A stretch of 64,000 bases of DNA from Thalia democratica (taxonomy: Eukaryota). Position numbers and translations under genes: made by a program. Below, piece after piece: positions 51,077 through 63,609 of this stretch. The notes under the pieces are model-generated. The model searched no databases. It was not told the origin of the DNA and saw nothing but the letters and a program-made list of their open reading frames with translations. Location: NCBI GenBank assembly GCA_965202585.1, contig OZ241827.1, positions 20,460,001 to 20,524,000 of the forward strand, in the 5' to 3' direction. Position 1 is the stretch's first letter. Each line of letters begins with the position of its first letter.

Positions 51077-53648
51077 CAGTAGCGTAGCGTGGTATTTTGG
51101 TCAGGGGGTGCGCAAATTTTTTTCTCAAAAAATCCCCTAAATTAAAACTTTTGGGCCGCAAATTTTTCGGGGTTAATTTTCTAGGAAATATAAAAATTTA
51201 CTAAAAATCTATCTCCTACTTTATTTTTCAAGCAATCTTCTTCAAATTTTAGAAAATGTTCCTTACATTACAGTAAAAAATGTACTTATGAATTTAGATA
51301 ATTGTAATAAATAAAAATTTTATAAAAAAAAAATTGTCTTTTTTTTTCAAAAAAGTATATTTTTACTACAAGTTTTTAATTCATATTCACAAGTAATGTT
51401 TTTTTTTTATTGTAAAAAGATTAAACTTTTGATCTAAAGATTAAAGTTTGAAGAAGATTGCTTGAAAAATGTATTAGGAGATAGATTTTAAACAAGCTAG
51501 CCTTTTTTCGCTGTTTTAGTTTTCCCTTCCCATAGGGAACCTATTATGCGGCCCGACTTTGACTGGTCATATCTCAAAAAATAATTCGAATTTTTTAAAA
51601 ACAGTAAAAAGCATCTTAAAGCTTAAAAAAATCTATAAAATAAGATCAACTTTTAAAAAACATGGCTTACCCCCCCCTATGGCCTTAAACTACAAATAAA
51701 TAGTCAACTAAGTATAACAATTAAACCTCAGAACATTTTTCTCTGTGCAATTTGTAAATAATGTTCAATATCTATTTTACATCAGCAAAAAACAATTGTA
51801 TTAAACTCAAAATAACTTATACTTTTAGTTTGTTGCAGCTTTTAATATACTGTTTTAATTTTGTATATAAAAATGTAAAATCTTCAGTATTAAAATTGAA
51901 AGTTTTAAATATCTAAAGCGCTAGTTTTTTTTTAACTTCTACATTTTTACCTATATTACAATATAAAACTGTAAAAATAAATCTTAACAAATAAAGAAAA
52001 TTTATAATATAAACAAAATTAAAAATAAAAATTTCATACCACTTGAACTGCAGTCTTGAGTTATAGCAATATCTGATGTTGGTCTACTATTTTTCAATTT
52101 AAGCTTATGAACTTCAGATAATTTTACTATCTGACATATTTTTAGACTTGCAACATTCCATACAATATCACTTTGCATATTTTTTAAAATAATATACTAA
52201 AAATTAATAAAAACAAGTGTTTACTTTTTCTTTAGTATAATAAAACATATTTTACAAAAAAAAAATAAAACAATTAATTTTGAAGATATCAGGATTGCCT
52301 TGCCACTCTTTGAGTTAAAATAACTGTCCTGAGGTAGTTTTTTATGTCATGTGTCATCATAAGCATTTTAAATTCTTTTAAAGAATTTTTTATTGTTTTT
52401 AAACTTATAGAAACTAGGCTTTATAACAAAGCTTTTAAAACCACTAAATCTACCCTGAGTTAAAAAAACAAATCAATCCTTAGTCAGCCTGAGCTTAAAG
52501 ATACTTAAAACATTCTAAGTTATCCTGATTTTTACTGAGACATACTAAAGTTTTCCAAAATTTCATAAAATCCTGAGTTATCCTGAGTGTGTGGAAAGAT
52601 TTTACTAAATGCTTTTGATACAAAACAAAATGTTTAAAAGATAAATTTTTTAAGGCTTTTAAAAATTCACAAGAAATATAACTTTTCACTTATGTTAAAA
52701 TCAGTTTTTCTAAGATCTTTACGGAATAGCATTTTTTAAATACTAGAAACAGTTGGTAGAAAGGATTTTTTTTAAAAATACCATTTAAAATTTGATTTAA
52801 AACTAAATAAGTTTAAATTTAAAATTAATCTATTATGTCTTTTAGACTAAAAATTGATTGTAAAAATTTTGTTTTACAAGTTGCTATAAATTAATTTATG
52901 ATGTAACTAAAGAAATTTTAAAATAACTTGCTACAAATTTTTAATTTGTTTAATTTTTAAACTTTATGGCTGATAGAATAACAAAGTTTGATTTGTTTCT
53001 TATCTTAATAAAAAAAGAAACTACTTTTAATAAAAAATTTAAGTTAAGATAATTTAAACAATACTTTTTGTATAGTAAGATTAAAACTGTAATCACAGTA
53101 TGAACTGTTTGTTTATTATTTATTTTAATTTATTATTTTTTTTTTTCTGTTTTTTTTTTTTTAAATTATGTTGTTAATATCTTTTATTCTTATTATCAAT
53201 TTATTTTATTAGCAGTTGTTTATTGCTATTTTTACTACAATTTGTTTATTCTTGAATCATTATGACTATAAAACAGGTTTAGCTTTGTGGTCTGTTAAGA
53301 AAATGTTAGCATTTGTCCTTGTAAAAAAATCTGTCATAAGGTTATACTACTGCGGTGCACTAACTAGTTGCGTACTGTTTGAGTCTAAATTCTTATGAAG
53401 TAAATGAAGTTATAAAATGTTTTGCAATTACGCACCGAATCAGTATACTGGGTAATTTCCCTAACTTGTCACTAATTGGTATTCTTAATTTCGTTTTACT
53501 TTTCAAATACTAGAAACACATAGTTGAAAAAAGGCAAATTAGGCAGAAAAAATAAACAATAAAGGATAAAGGTATTGCATTTTTTTTTACTTCTTTTTTT
53601 TTTGGGTGGCACGCATGCGCCAGCGTCCCTCCCAACGCTACGCCCCTG
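51077..53648. mobile_element. Non-autonomous or decayed hAT-superfamily DNA transposon (~2.6 kb)
   Basis: Left end cagtagcgtagcgt (51077). Right end acgctacgcccctg (ends 53648), a 12/14 inverted match. There is a perfect 8-bp TSD gtacctaa at 51069-51076 and 53649-53656. The interior shares patches with the 2481-5376 element (agtcagcctgag at 4381 and 52482; gagtgtgtgg; aacttcaga). Confidence 0.9.
51204..51489. repeat. Nested inverted repeat or MITE inside the hAT element
   Basis: aaaatctatctccta…tttttcaagcaatcttcttcaaa (51204-51246) versus tttgaagaagattgcttgaaaaa…taggagatagatttt (51448-51489). Confidence 0.75.
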
Positions 53649-55020
53649 GTACCTAACAGGTCAATTAGTTAAATATTTAAAATAGAAGGAATTTAGTATT
53701 TTGTTTAAATTAACAAAGTAATGACGTTAAACACGTAACGTCATAGTTGTAGAAGTTTACTGTAAAATAACAGGTGTTTATTTAAAAGCTATATATGTAT
53801 ATAGAACTTTAACAGCTTTTTGATGTTTTACTTACAATTTATTAACTAATTTAAGCACTTAACTATTAAAAATAAATAAAAAACCTAACTGTTAATTTTT
53901 TTAACACTAAATAAAACTATTTTTGGTATCTCTGTGAATTTTGATATTTATAAATCCATAGTATTTTTAGATCTAGTATCTTATATTCATGACTTTATTT
54001 TAATAAGGTCGCAAGTTCAAAACTATAAAATCAAAAAGCTATTAATTTAAGTAACTTAATTGTAAGTATTTTTTAAATAAATTAACATTTTTATAAGTAG
54101 CATAAAAATACTTACAGATATTGTTTTATTTGAAATAGTTAAGCGACAGTAAAACAAGTTTGAGAAATAAAAACAGAGATTATAGTTTTGAATGTACAAT
54201 AACAAATGGTCATAAGAACTAAAACATTATTATAAATAACATAAATGAGGTTTTAATTACTATACATGAATTCTAAATACGAATAAACATACTGTTTTGA
54301 TTTTAAAGCATATATCAACTTACTTAAATAAAGCCATTGTTTTTATTCATTGAACTGGTTTTAGTTATTAAAAGCTTTTGAGTAGTACACGTACTTAAAC
54401 AATGATAACAAAAAATTGAGACAAACAAAGGTTTTAGTATTATTATTATTTTCTGTGTAACATTTTACAATCATTCGTACTAAAAACAAATTTTAGTCTA
54501 AGCTAAAAAAAAGGTACTTTATTATTTATAGAAACTTTTCAATTTTTTACAATTTTAAAACAGTGTTTTTATAAGCTTATAGTATATATTTAATTTAAAT
54601 ACGACAAAAAAAAATACATAACATCAAACAAAAAATTAAAGGATTATTTTTTAAAGATTTTTGTAGACAACTTTTTTTGTTTAATAATTAAATAACCAAA
54701 TACATGATACATTATTTAATAAGTTCTTAAAGTTTGTAAAACCGTTTAAACTCAAGTCAAAATTAGCTTTTTTAAATGTATTGTTTTAAATAGTATTAAA
54801 AAATTTAAGCAAATCTTTTTTCCGGTTTTTTTTAAAAAGAAATTCTTAGCTGTTAAAAAGTATTAATTTTTTTTTGATGTTAAAAATCGTTAAATATGTA
54901 TTTTTTTAAAAATAGAGCAGTTTGTATTTAATATATGATTTATACATTGCGTTTTTATCTTTAACTTTTTCTGACTTACATATTTATAGTTAAATTTAAA
55001 ATATAAATAAATTTAGTTAA

Positions 55021-56070
55021 TTATAAGGACTGACACCTTTTCAACGTACCCTTGAGTTGTTTTTGGCGGTTTGGTGAACCTAAAGCACCGCAAATTTTTT
55101 GTAACTTTTCATTTGACGAGCTGGTGTTCTTGTGTTGCTTTGTATTGAACTCACATCTCCTCAACCTATATGTTATATCGTTAGAAGCTTTCGTCTCGTT
55201 CTCTTGCCTCTGTTGCTTGTTGTCATCAACTTTTTTATCGCGGTTGGTTTTTAAAAATGGAAAGAATCTTCTTTTGTAGTTTCCATACGAGCACATCAAA
55301 GATATCAAGTTCAAGTTGACGTTGGTTATCAAAACTATTGGCATCGGTCTGTTTATGGTCTTTACCGTGACGAACTGTATTATCAAGAACAAAAAGTCGC
55401 TTATAGAAAACAACAAACTGCAAATGGCAACTCTGTTAAACGTCGATTTCAAACTGCGGTTCGAAATTCTAGATGTGTTGTTTAGGTGCTTGTAAATCGG
55501 TTTTATAATTTCCACTAAGATAACAGCTTGCATTATTGTAACAAACGCGAAACACGTGGCCATTAATATAACATGAAGTGATTTTTTGTTGAAGTTTATT
55601 TTCAAAAACAAACAGTTTTTATTGCTGTCTATCGTTGCAAACGTGAAATAGAAAAATTCAAGCAGAAGCTGGAAAGCTGAGATTGCAACGATAAGTATAG
55701 AGTACAAGTACGCTCGTTTGACAAGTGTTGGGCATCGCCTGTTGATGCTCTTGTAGCGGTAGGCGAAAATGAGGTTAGACAAGCACTTGTTGACCACCAG
55801 TACCACTTTGTACGCGGTTGATGAAACCTTGCACAAAACTGTGTTCTTTTCAACTTTTTCAAACTTGTTGTAGTGCAGTACTTCTAGAACTTGCAGAAAG
55901 TAAATAATGCAGGAAGGGAGGGAGGCAAGAGCACACAGTAACACGAGTAAGTTCTCTTTTCTGTTGCTTTTGTTTTTGTCTTTGACCAGGTAAATGAGGC
56001 AAGCTATGGATAAGTATGTTGAAAGTAAAGTGAAAAAACAACCAAGGGTAGTAGAAAAAAATTCGAACAT
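55021..56070 (-). CDS. Intronless orphan seven-transmembrane, GPCR-like protein (349 aa)
   Basis: Single ORF with seven hydrophobic segments and almost no N-terminal ectodomain. There is a Cys at the top of TM3 (VLCKV) and in ECL2 (KNCLF), a DRY-like YRY at the end of TM3, and TM7 followed by YKRRFFPF and a basic tail. Its GC content is higher than the flanks. A 5' acceptor, tttctacag, is at 56105. Confidence 0.85.
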   Translation of the reverse strand: MFEFFSTTLGCFFTLLSTYLSIACLIYLVKDKNKSNRKENLLVLLCALASLPSCIIYFLQVLEVLHYNKFEKVEKNTVLCKVSSTAYKVVLVVNKCLSNLIFAYRYKSINRRCPTLVKRAYLYSILIVAISAFQLLLEFFYFTFATIDSNKNCLFLKINFNKKSLHVILMATCFAFVTIMQAVILVEIIKPIYKHLNNTSRISNRSLKSTFNRVAICSLLFSISDFLFLIIQFVTVKTINRPMPIVLITNVNLNLISLMCSYGNYKRRFFPFLKTNRDKKVDDNKQQRQENETKASNDITYRLRRCEFNTKQHKNTSSSNEKLQKICGALGSPNRQKQLKGTLKRCQSL

Positions 56071-56401
56071 GCCTTTGTCAGAAACTTTCTATTTTTTAAA
56101 AAATCTGTAGAAATGATTTATTTTTTTTATAAAAAGTTGAGTTGCTCCTAAAATGACTATATTAACTTTTTTATTTGATCATAATTTTCTTAAATTTCCA
56201 AATTTAACATTCATTTCACTAATAAAAGTAGTTATACAGTTACTTTTTATTTATCTACATCATTGAGTAGTTTGAAGTATTGTAACTAATCTAGGTTGTT
56301 AGGGGTAATTAAAGTGGGATAAATACATCTAAGATACTTAAAAGTAAACAAAAGTTTATTTACAAATATAAGATAATCACACGACACACTAAGTAAAACT
56401 A

Positions 56402-56789
56402 CAGTAGACTACCGCTTAAGTACGCAAATTGAACCCGACCAAAAAGTGCGTACTTAGCACGGGTAGTGCGTATTTTTTGACGACATAGTATAAAATGAAA
56501 TTTAGTTGTTTGTTTTCTTTCTTACAGTTAGCCACATATTCGTTAACATAGTTATTAAAATTTGCTCTACAATGTTCATTATCAAGCAACTCAACATCAA
56601 GCAACTCACAGTGACACTAAATCTTTTAAATGCTGTATTTGTCCCGAAGGTAGATTTTTCAAAACTAGTTCTTTAATTTGGTTTTTTAGTAAAAAAAAAA
56701 GTAAATTATTTTTTTGTTTTTCTGGATAAGTGCGTACTTAAGGCGGGGTGCGTACCAAAAAAAGTGCGTACTTAAGCGGTAGTCTACTG
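56402..56789. mobile_element. Tc1/mariner-type MITE (388 bp)
   Basis: Perfect 25-bp TIRs: cagtagactaccgcttaagtacgca (56402-56426) and tgcgtacttaagcggtagtctactg (56765-56789). TA TSD on both sides. Subterminal gtgcgtactta repeats. Confidence 0.95.
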
Positions 56790-56883
56790 TATATTTGAAC
56801 ATAAGTAACAAAAAGTATCTTAAACTAAAGAAAACGAAGCATTAAAAACTTAAATTTAAATATTTTATAATACAACATTACGA

Positions 56884-59800
56884 AGTACACCAAACACCAA
56901 CCGATACTGCGGGTAAGTTCTAGTAAAATTCCAAAGTACACAATATTGTTTTGTTAGTTATAAAAGTTGTTTTGGCAAAAGCTTGTTTTTAGAATAATGA
57001 TAATTGTTTTGTAAAAAATCTTAAAAGGATGTTTTTTTGAAACAGTTATTTGTAGTTTAAAATAAATTACTTCTAAAATAATAAAAATATATATACCCAT
57101 TCGGCACAGTATTCATGGATCAATACATTAATTAATCTATAAGTTGAAAGAAATATTTTAAACGTAAACAAAAAACGATTTTATTTGCAAGTTAATTGGT
57201 TTTTCAACGTTAATTATCGAACAAAAATTTAAAGTGGCAGTTTAAAATAAGTAAATGTTAATTTGTTTTTTCTTGTAAATTCTAAAGCTAAAATTTTTGA
57301 TCACAGTACTAAAACAGGTATTACCAAAAAAAAAAACATTTTCATGGAGCAGCAATTTAAAATAAGTATAACGAAGGTTAAATTAAAAACGTGTTTTCAT
57401 TCAAATTTTTTCTTAAGCGAAAAATTTTTTACAGTACGTTTGTATTTTTTATTATTATTTAGTAATTAAAAAAAAAACAAATTTTTCCTTTAAATTTTAA
57501 ACTCCTTACATTTATATATCTATCTATAATATAAATGTTTATTTTCAAGTATTTTAATCTATGAAAACTTAAATTTCACTAAAAAATTGTTTAGACTTAT
57601 ACAATTAAGTTAAAATATCTTTATAAAAAATTATTCTAGTTTTAAATATTTTATAATATTGTTTCCTGATGAAAAAGTTAATTTTTTATAGAGTAAGTTA
57701 GTTATGTCTGTAATATTTTTCTTTTGAATATCATTTGTAAGTTCATAACATTTAAATAAAACTTAAAGAGAATTTTAATTTTCATTTAAATGATAGTATA
57801 GGTGGAGTTCTTACAAGTTTGTTTTTCAAACTCTTTACATTTATATATATATATATTTAAAATTGAAAAGTTTTTTTTTCAAGTAATTTTATCTATAAAA
57901 ATTGAAATTTCACTAAAAAAATGTTAAAACTTATGCAATCAAATTGTAATATCTTTAAATTTTATTGAAATTTTTGCCTGATGGTGCTGGGATTCTAATG
58001 ATGGTTTTTGAATCTCTTTGAGTTGAAAATTTGAAAAAGTCAAGAATCAACTTTGTGGCCAACAGATAAACAAAAATAAAACAACTTAAATAAAAATATT
58101 AAAACGCCATTAAATAATAAAAGAATAAATTGCCAGGTGGTGTAGTTGTCTAAAGATGATTTTGAAAACTCTCTGAATTGAACTTTTCAAAGTTTAAACC
58201 CAGTTGGTTGACACATAAACAAAAAATATAAATGTTAAAGTACAAACACAACATTACTATATAACAACATATCACAAAAGCTTCACACAACATTATTATA
58301 TACAACAAACTAAGTAAATTAAAACTTTAGTGATTATATTGGACAGTTTTTAAGTAAAACTGTACTTACTAGTTCAAAAACAATACTTAATCAAAAGTTG
58401 TTTACTTTAAGTAAGAATTTATAATGGGAACTAAGACCATCTTAGTAAAAAGTTTACTATAAAAACATGCTACTTTAAAATTTTACCTATTACGACGTCA
58501 CAATTAAATTTTTATTTAAAATCTATTTCAGCTGGACAAAAAGGAGCATTTTTGATTGCTGAAGATTTTTAATCTTTCAGTGTTATAAATTCAACATTTA
58601 TTATTCAAAGTTTATCAAATAACGAAAACAAAGTCAATAAACAACGTTTTTAGTGATATTCTAAGATTTTTTTTTTCTTTTTTTATTCAGGGGGTTCACA
58701 GGAAACAGGAGCCAGTCAAAACACGCCCCTGTTCTAATATGTCATAAAAAACTATACAATGACAGTTAAAAGCGAAATAAATTTGTTACCAACTATCTTT
58801 TTACACATTTCAAAAACTGACTGTAATTAAACAATTGCTTTAGCAAAATTTACTTATTTTTTACTTTTAAATAGTTAAAAAAAAAAATAAAAACCAATAT
58901 TTTGAAAATAAATTAAAAGCTAAATTCAAACATATAATATTTTTTAAGTAAAAAATAGAAACTAGCTGAATACAACTGACTAGTAGATCAGAATATCTGT
59001 GCTTTCTGACCAATAATCTAGTGAAATAAAATTTAATAAATATCAGTTTGTCTAAACTCAGCTTTATAAATAAAAGATTTCAAAAAAAAAAACAATGATT
59101 GGGTAACCGTTGAACACACGTTTGTTTATATACATTGTTCATATAAAATTTAATAATCCTTGACGGGGAATTTTTTAATTTTTACCCTCTAATTTTGTTC
59201 GATTATTATTGTTAACTTTCTAAAGTTAACTTTCATTTCGCTTATAAAAACAGTCATACAGTTACTTTTTGATTATCTACAGCATTGAATAATTTATAAT
59301 ATTTACTGATAAATAAATTTACCTAATCTGTAAATTGCAAGAAATGGTTATAACGTGAAAAAAAAATCTTATTTGCAAGTATATTGATTTTTCAAGATTA
59401 ATCATAGAAGAGAAATCAGTTAAAAGCGAAGGTTAACTTGATTTAAGATTTTTTTTTTCTAAAACGAAAATTTTTGATCACAGTATTATCATAAAACAAT
59501 TTTTTATAAACTAGCTGTTTAAAATAAGTAAAAAGAAAATAAACTTAAAAACATCATTTCATTGTTGTTTTTATTTTTCTAAATTTACGGTACGTTTGTA
59601 TTTCTGTTTAATATTCAATGATAAAAAAAATACCTTAAAATGTATTTGATTAAAATAAAAAATATTATATTTAAAACAAACTTGAGTAAAAACCTTTAAA
59701 TAATTTTTTGGGTAGCTGTCTAAATTGCACGAGCGTACAAAATTGCACGAAGATAATTTTGCACGAGGGGATAAAATTGCACAAAGATAAAATTGCACGA

Positions 59801-62800
59801 CGATACTTTTGCACGAAGGGTCACTTTTGCACGAAGACACTTTTGCACGAGCAGACAATTTTGCACGGGTTAAACTTTTTTTATTAATTTTATTATTTTA
59901 TTATTTTTAATATTTTTTCACTATTAGTGTTACCCCTAAGCCTTACCCTCGATCGGTAAGTTATTTTTTTTTCCAATTTTTATTATGTTTATTATGTTTT
60001 ATTATTATTATTTTTTAAATATTTTTTTATTTTTACTATCACTGTTACCCCTAACCCTTACCCTTGGTTGATAGCTTTTTTTTAACGAGTATTATTATTT
60101 TTAATTAATTTGTTTTTTTTATTATAATTTTATGAGTGTTTTTTTTTAATTTTTACTATCACTGTTACAGTACACCAAACACCAACCGATACTGCGGGTA
60201 ACTCCAAAGTACACAATATTGTTTTGTTAGTTATAAAAGTTGTTTTGGCAAAAGCTTTTTTTTATAATAATGATAATTGTTTTGGAAAAAATCTTAAAAG
60301 GATGTTTTTTTGAAACAGTTATTTGTAGTTAAAAATAAATTAATTCTAAAAAAATAAAAATATATATTCCCATTCGGCACAGTATTCATGGATCAATACA
60401 TTAATTAATCTATAAGTTGAAAGAAATATTTTAAACGTAAACAAAAAACGATTTTATTTGCAAGTTAATTGGTTTTTCAACGTTAATTATCGAACAAAAA
60501 TTTACAGTAGCAGTTTAAAATAAGTAAATGTTAACTTGTTTTTTTTGTAAATTCTAAAGCTAAAATTTTTGATCACAGTACTAAAATTAGTATTACCAAA
60601 AAAAAAAAACATTTTCATGGAGCAGCAATTTAAAATAATTATAACGAAGGTTAAATTAAAAACGTGTTTTCAGTCAAATATTTTCTTAAGCGGAATATTT
60701 TTTACAGTACGTTTGTATTTTTTTTATTATTTAGTAATTAAAAAAAAAACAAATGTTTCCTTTAAATTTTAAACTCCTTACATTTATATATCTATCTATA
60801 ATATAAATGTTTATTTTCAAGTATTTTAATCTATGAAAACTTAAATTTCACTAAAAAATTGTTTAGACTTATACAATTAAGTTAAAATATCTTTATAAAA
60901 AATTATTCTAGTTTTAAATATATTATAATATTGTTTCCTGATGAAAAAGTTAATTTTTTATAGAGTAAGTTAGTTATGTCTGTAATATTTTTCTTTTGAA
61001 TATCATTTGTAAGTTCATAACAATTAAATAAAACTTAAAGAGAATTTTAATTTTCATTTAAATGATAGTATAGGTGGAGTTCTTACAAGTTTGTTTTTCA
61101 AACTCTTTACATTTATATATATATATTTAAAATTAAAAAGTTTTTTTTTCAAGTAATTTTATCTATAAAAATTAAAATTTCACTAAAAAAATATTAAAAC
61201 TTATGCAATCAAATTGTAATATCTTTAAATTTTATTGAAATTTTTGCCTGATGATGCTGGGATTCTAATGATGGTTTTTGAATCTCTTTGTGTTGAAAAT
61301 TTGAAAAAGTCATGAATCAACTTTGTGGCCAACAGATATACAAAAATAAAACAACTTAAATAAAAATATTAAAACACCATTAAATAATAAAAGAATAAAT
61401 TGCCAGGTGGTGTAGTTGTCTAAAGATGATTTTGAAAACTCTCTGAATTGAACTTTTCAAAGTTTAAACCCAGTTGGTTGACACATAAACAAAAAATATA
61501 AATGTTAAAGTACAAACACAACATTACTATATAACAACATATCACAAAAGCTTCACACAACATTATTATATACAACAAACTAAGTAAATTAAAACTTTAG
61601 TGATTATATTGGACAGTTTTTAAGTAAAACTGTACTTACTAGTTCAAAAACAATACTTAATCAAAAGTTGTTTACTTTAAGTAAGAATTTATAATTGGAA
61701 CTAAGACCATCTTAGTAAAAAGTTTACTATAAAAACATGCTACTTTAAAATTTTACCTATTACGACGTCACAATTAAATTTTTATTTAAAATCTATTTCA
61801 GCTGGACAAAAAGGAGCATTTTTGATTGCTGAAGATTTTTAATCTTTCAGTGTTATAAATTCAACATTTATTATTCAAAGTTTATCAAATAACGAAAACA
61901 AAGTCAATAAACAACGTTTTTAGTGATATTCTAAGATTTTTTTTTCTTTTTTTATTCAGGGGGTTCACAGGAAACAGGAGCCAGTCAAAACACGCTCCTG
62001 TTCTAATATGTCATAAAAAACTATACAATGACAGTTAAAAGCGAAATAAATTTGTTACCAACTATCTTTTTACACATTTCAAAAACTGACTGTAATTAAA
62101 CAATTGCTTTAGCAAAATTTACTTATTTTTTACTTTTAAATAGTTAAAAAAAAAATAAAAACCAATATTTTGAAAATAAATTAAAAGCTAAATTCAAACA
62201 TATAATATTTTTTAAGTAAAAAATAGAAACTAGCTGAATACAACTGACTAGTAGATCAGAATATCTGTGCTTTCTGACCAATAATCTAGTGAAATAAAAT
62301 TTAATAAATATCAGTTTGTCTAAGCTCAGCTTTATAAATAAAATATTTCAAATAAAAAACAATGATTGGGTAACCGTTGAACACACGTATGTTTATATAC
62401 ATTGTTCATATAAAATTTAATAATCCTTGACGGGGAATTTTTTAAATTCTTACCCACTAATTTTGTTCGATTATTATTGTTAACTTTCTAAAGTTAATTT
62501 TCATTTCGCTTATAAAAATAGTCGTACAGTTACTTTTTGATTACCTACAGCATTGAATAATTTATAATATTAACTGATAAATAAATTTAGCTAATCTGTA
62601 AATTGCAAGAAATGGTTATAACGTGAAAAAAAAAATCTTATTTGCAAGTATATTGATTTTTCAAGATTAATCATAGAAGAGAAATCAGTTAAAAGCGAAG
62701 GTTAACTTGATTTAAGAATTTTTTTTTCTAAAACGAAAATTTTTGATCACAGTATTATCATAAAACAATTTTTTATAAACTAGCTGTTTAAAATAAGTAA

Positions 62801-63441
62801 AAAGAAAATAAACTTAAAAACATCATTTCATTGTTGTTTTTATTTTTCTAAATTTACGGTACGTTTGTATTTCTGTTTAATATTCAATGATAAAAAAAAT
62901 ACATTAAAATGTATTTGATTAAAATAAAAAATTTTATATTTAAAACAAACTTGAGTAAAAACCTTTAAATAATTTTTTGGGTAGCTGTCTAAATTGCACG
63001 AGCGTACAAAATTGCACGAAGATAATTTTGCACGAGGGGATAAAATTGCACAAAGATAAAATTGCACGACGATACTTTTGCACGAAGGGTCACTTTTGCA
63101 CGAAGACACTTTTGCACGAGCAGACAATTTTGCACGGGTTAAACTTTTTTTATTAATTTTATTATTTTATTATTTTTAATATTTTTTCACTATTAGTGTT
63201 ACCCCTAAGCGTTACCCTCGATCGGTAAGTTATTTTTTTTTTACAATTTTTATTATGTTTATTATGTTTTATTATTATTATTTTTTTAATATTTTTTTAT
63301 TTTTACTATCACTGTTACCCCTAACCCTTACCCTCGGTTGATAGCTTTTTTTTAATGAGTATTATTATTTTTAATTAATTTGTTTTTTTTTATTATAATT
63401 TTATGAGTTGTTTTTTTTTTTATTTTTACTATCACTGTTAC
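56884..63441 (+). repeat. Recent ~3.28-kb direct tandem duplication (56884-60168 and 60169-63441)
   Basis: agtacaccaaacaccaaccgatactgcgggtaa starts both copies. The copies are near-identical throughout, with scattered SNPs and small indels; duplicate ORFs lie at 57263/60569 and 59571/62840. Confidence 0.97.
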
Positions 63442-63609
63442 CGCTAACCCTTACCCTCGGTCAGTAGCTTTTGTTTTTCTTTTTATTATTTTTTTTTACT
63501 GTTTATTTTTATTTTGATTATTTTTCTGTATTTTTTTACTTTGGTGCAAAAATGTCATTCGTGAAAAATTTACTTTTGGTGCAATTTTGTCTTTGTAAAA
63601 TATAGACCC
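62979..63609. mobile_element. Non-autonomous DNA element (631 bp) with GGGT…ACCC termini, (t)tgcacga subterminal repeats and ~125-bp internal subrepeats; truncated copy at 59710-60168
   Basis: The left end gggtagctgtctaaattgcacg is followed by ~10 ttgcacga-type repeats. The right end …ggtgcaattttgtctttgtaaaatatagaccc carries the inverted motifs. It is flanked by ttt/ttt, a possible 3-bp TSD. Superfamily not assigned. Confidence 0.65.

Noticed and set aside
55052-56041. Short ORFs overlapping the 7TM gene in other frames or strand
   Set aside because: They are shadow ORFs of the 349-aa CDS.
57975-58225. Two similar higher-GC ~100-bp segments (also at 61250-61500) that look exon-like
   Set aside because: Every frame tried contains stops and the splice signals are unconvincing. 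They are best explained as an old local duplication.
59571-63127. Duplicated 95-aa ORF MSARAKVSSCKSDPSCKS…
   Set aside because: It is the translation of the tgcacga subterminal repeats of a non-autonomous element plus AT-rich flank, not a plausible gene.
59930-63460. Telomere-like cccctaacccttaccct motifs
   Set aside because: They are single degenerate motifs within the internal subrepeats of the element, not a (TTAGGG)n tract.
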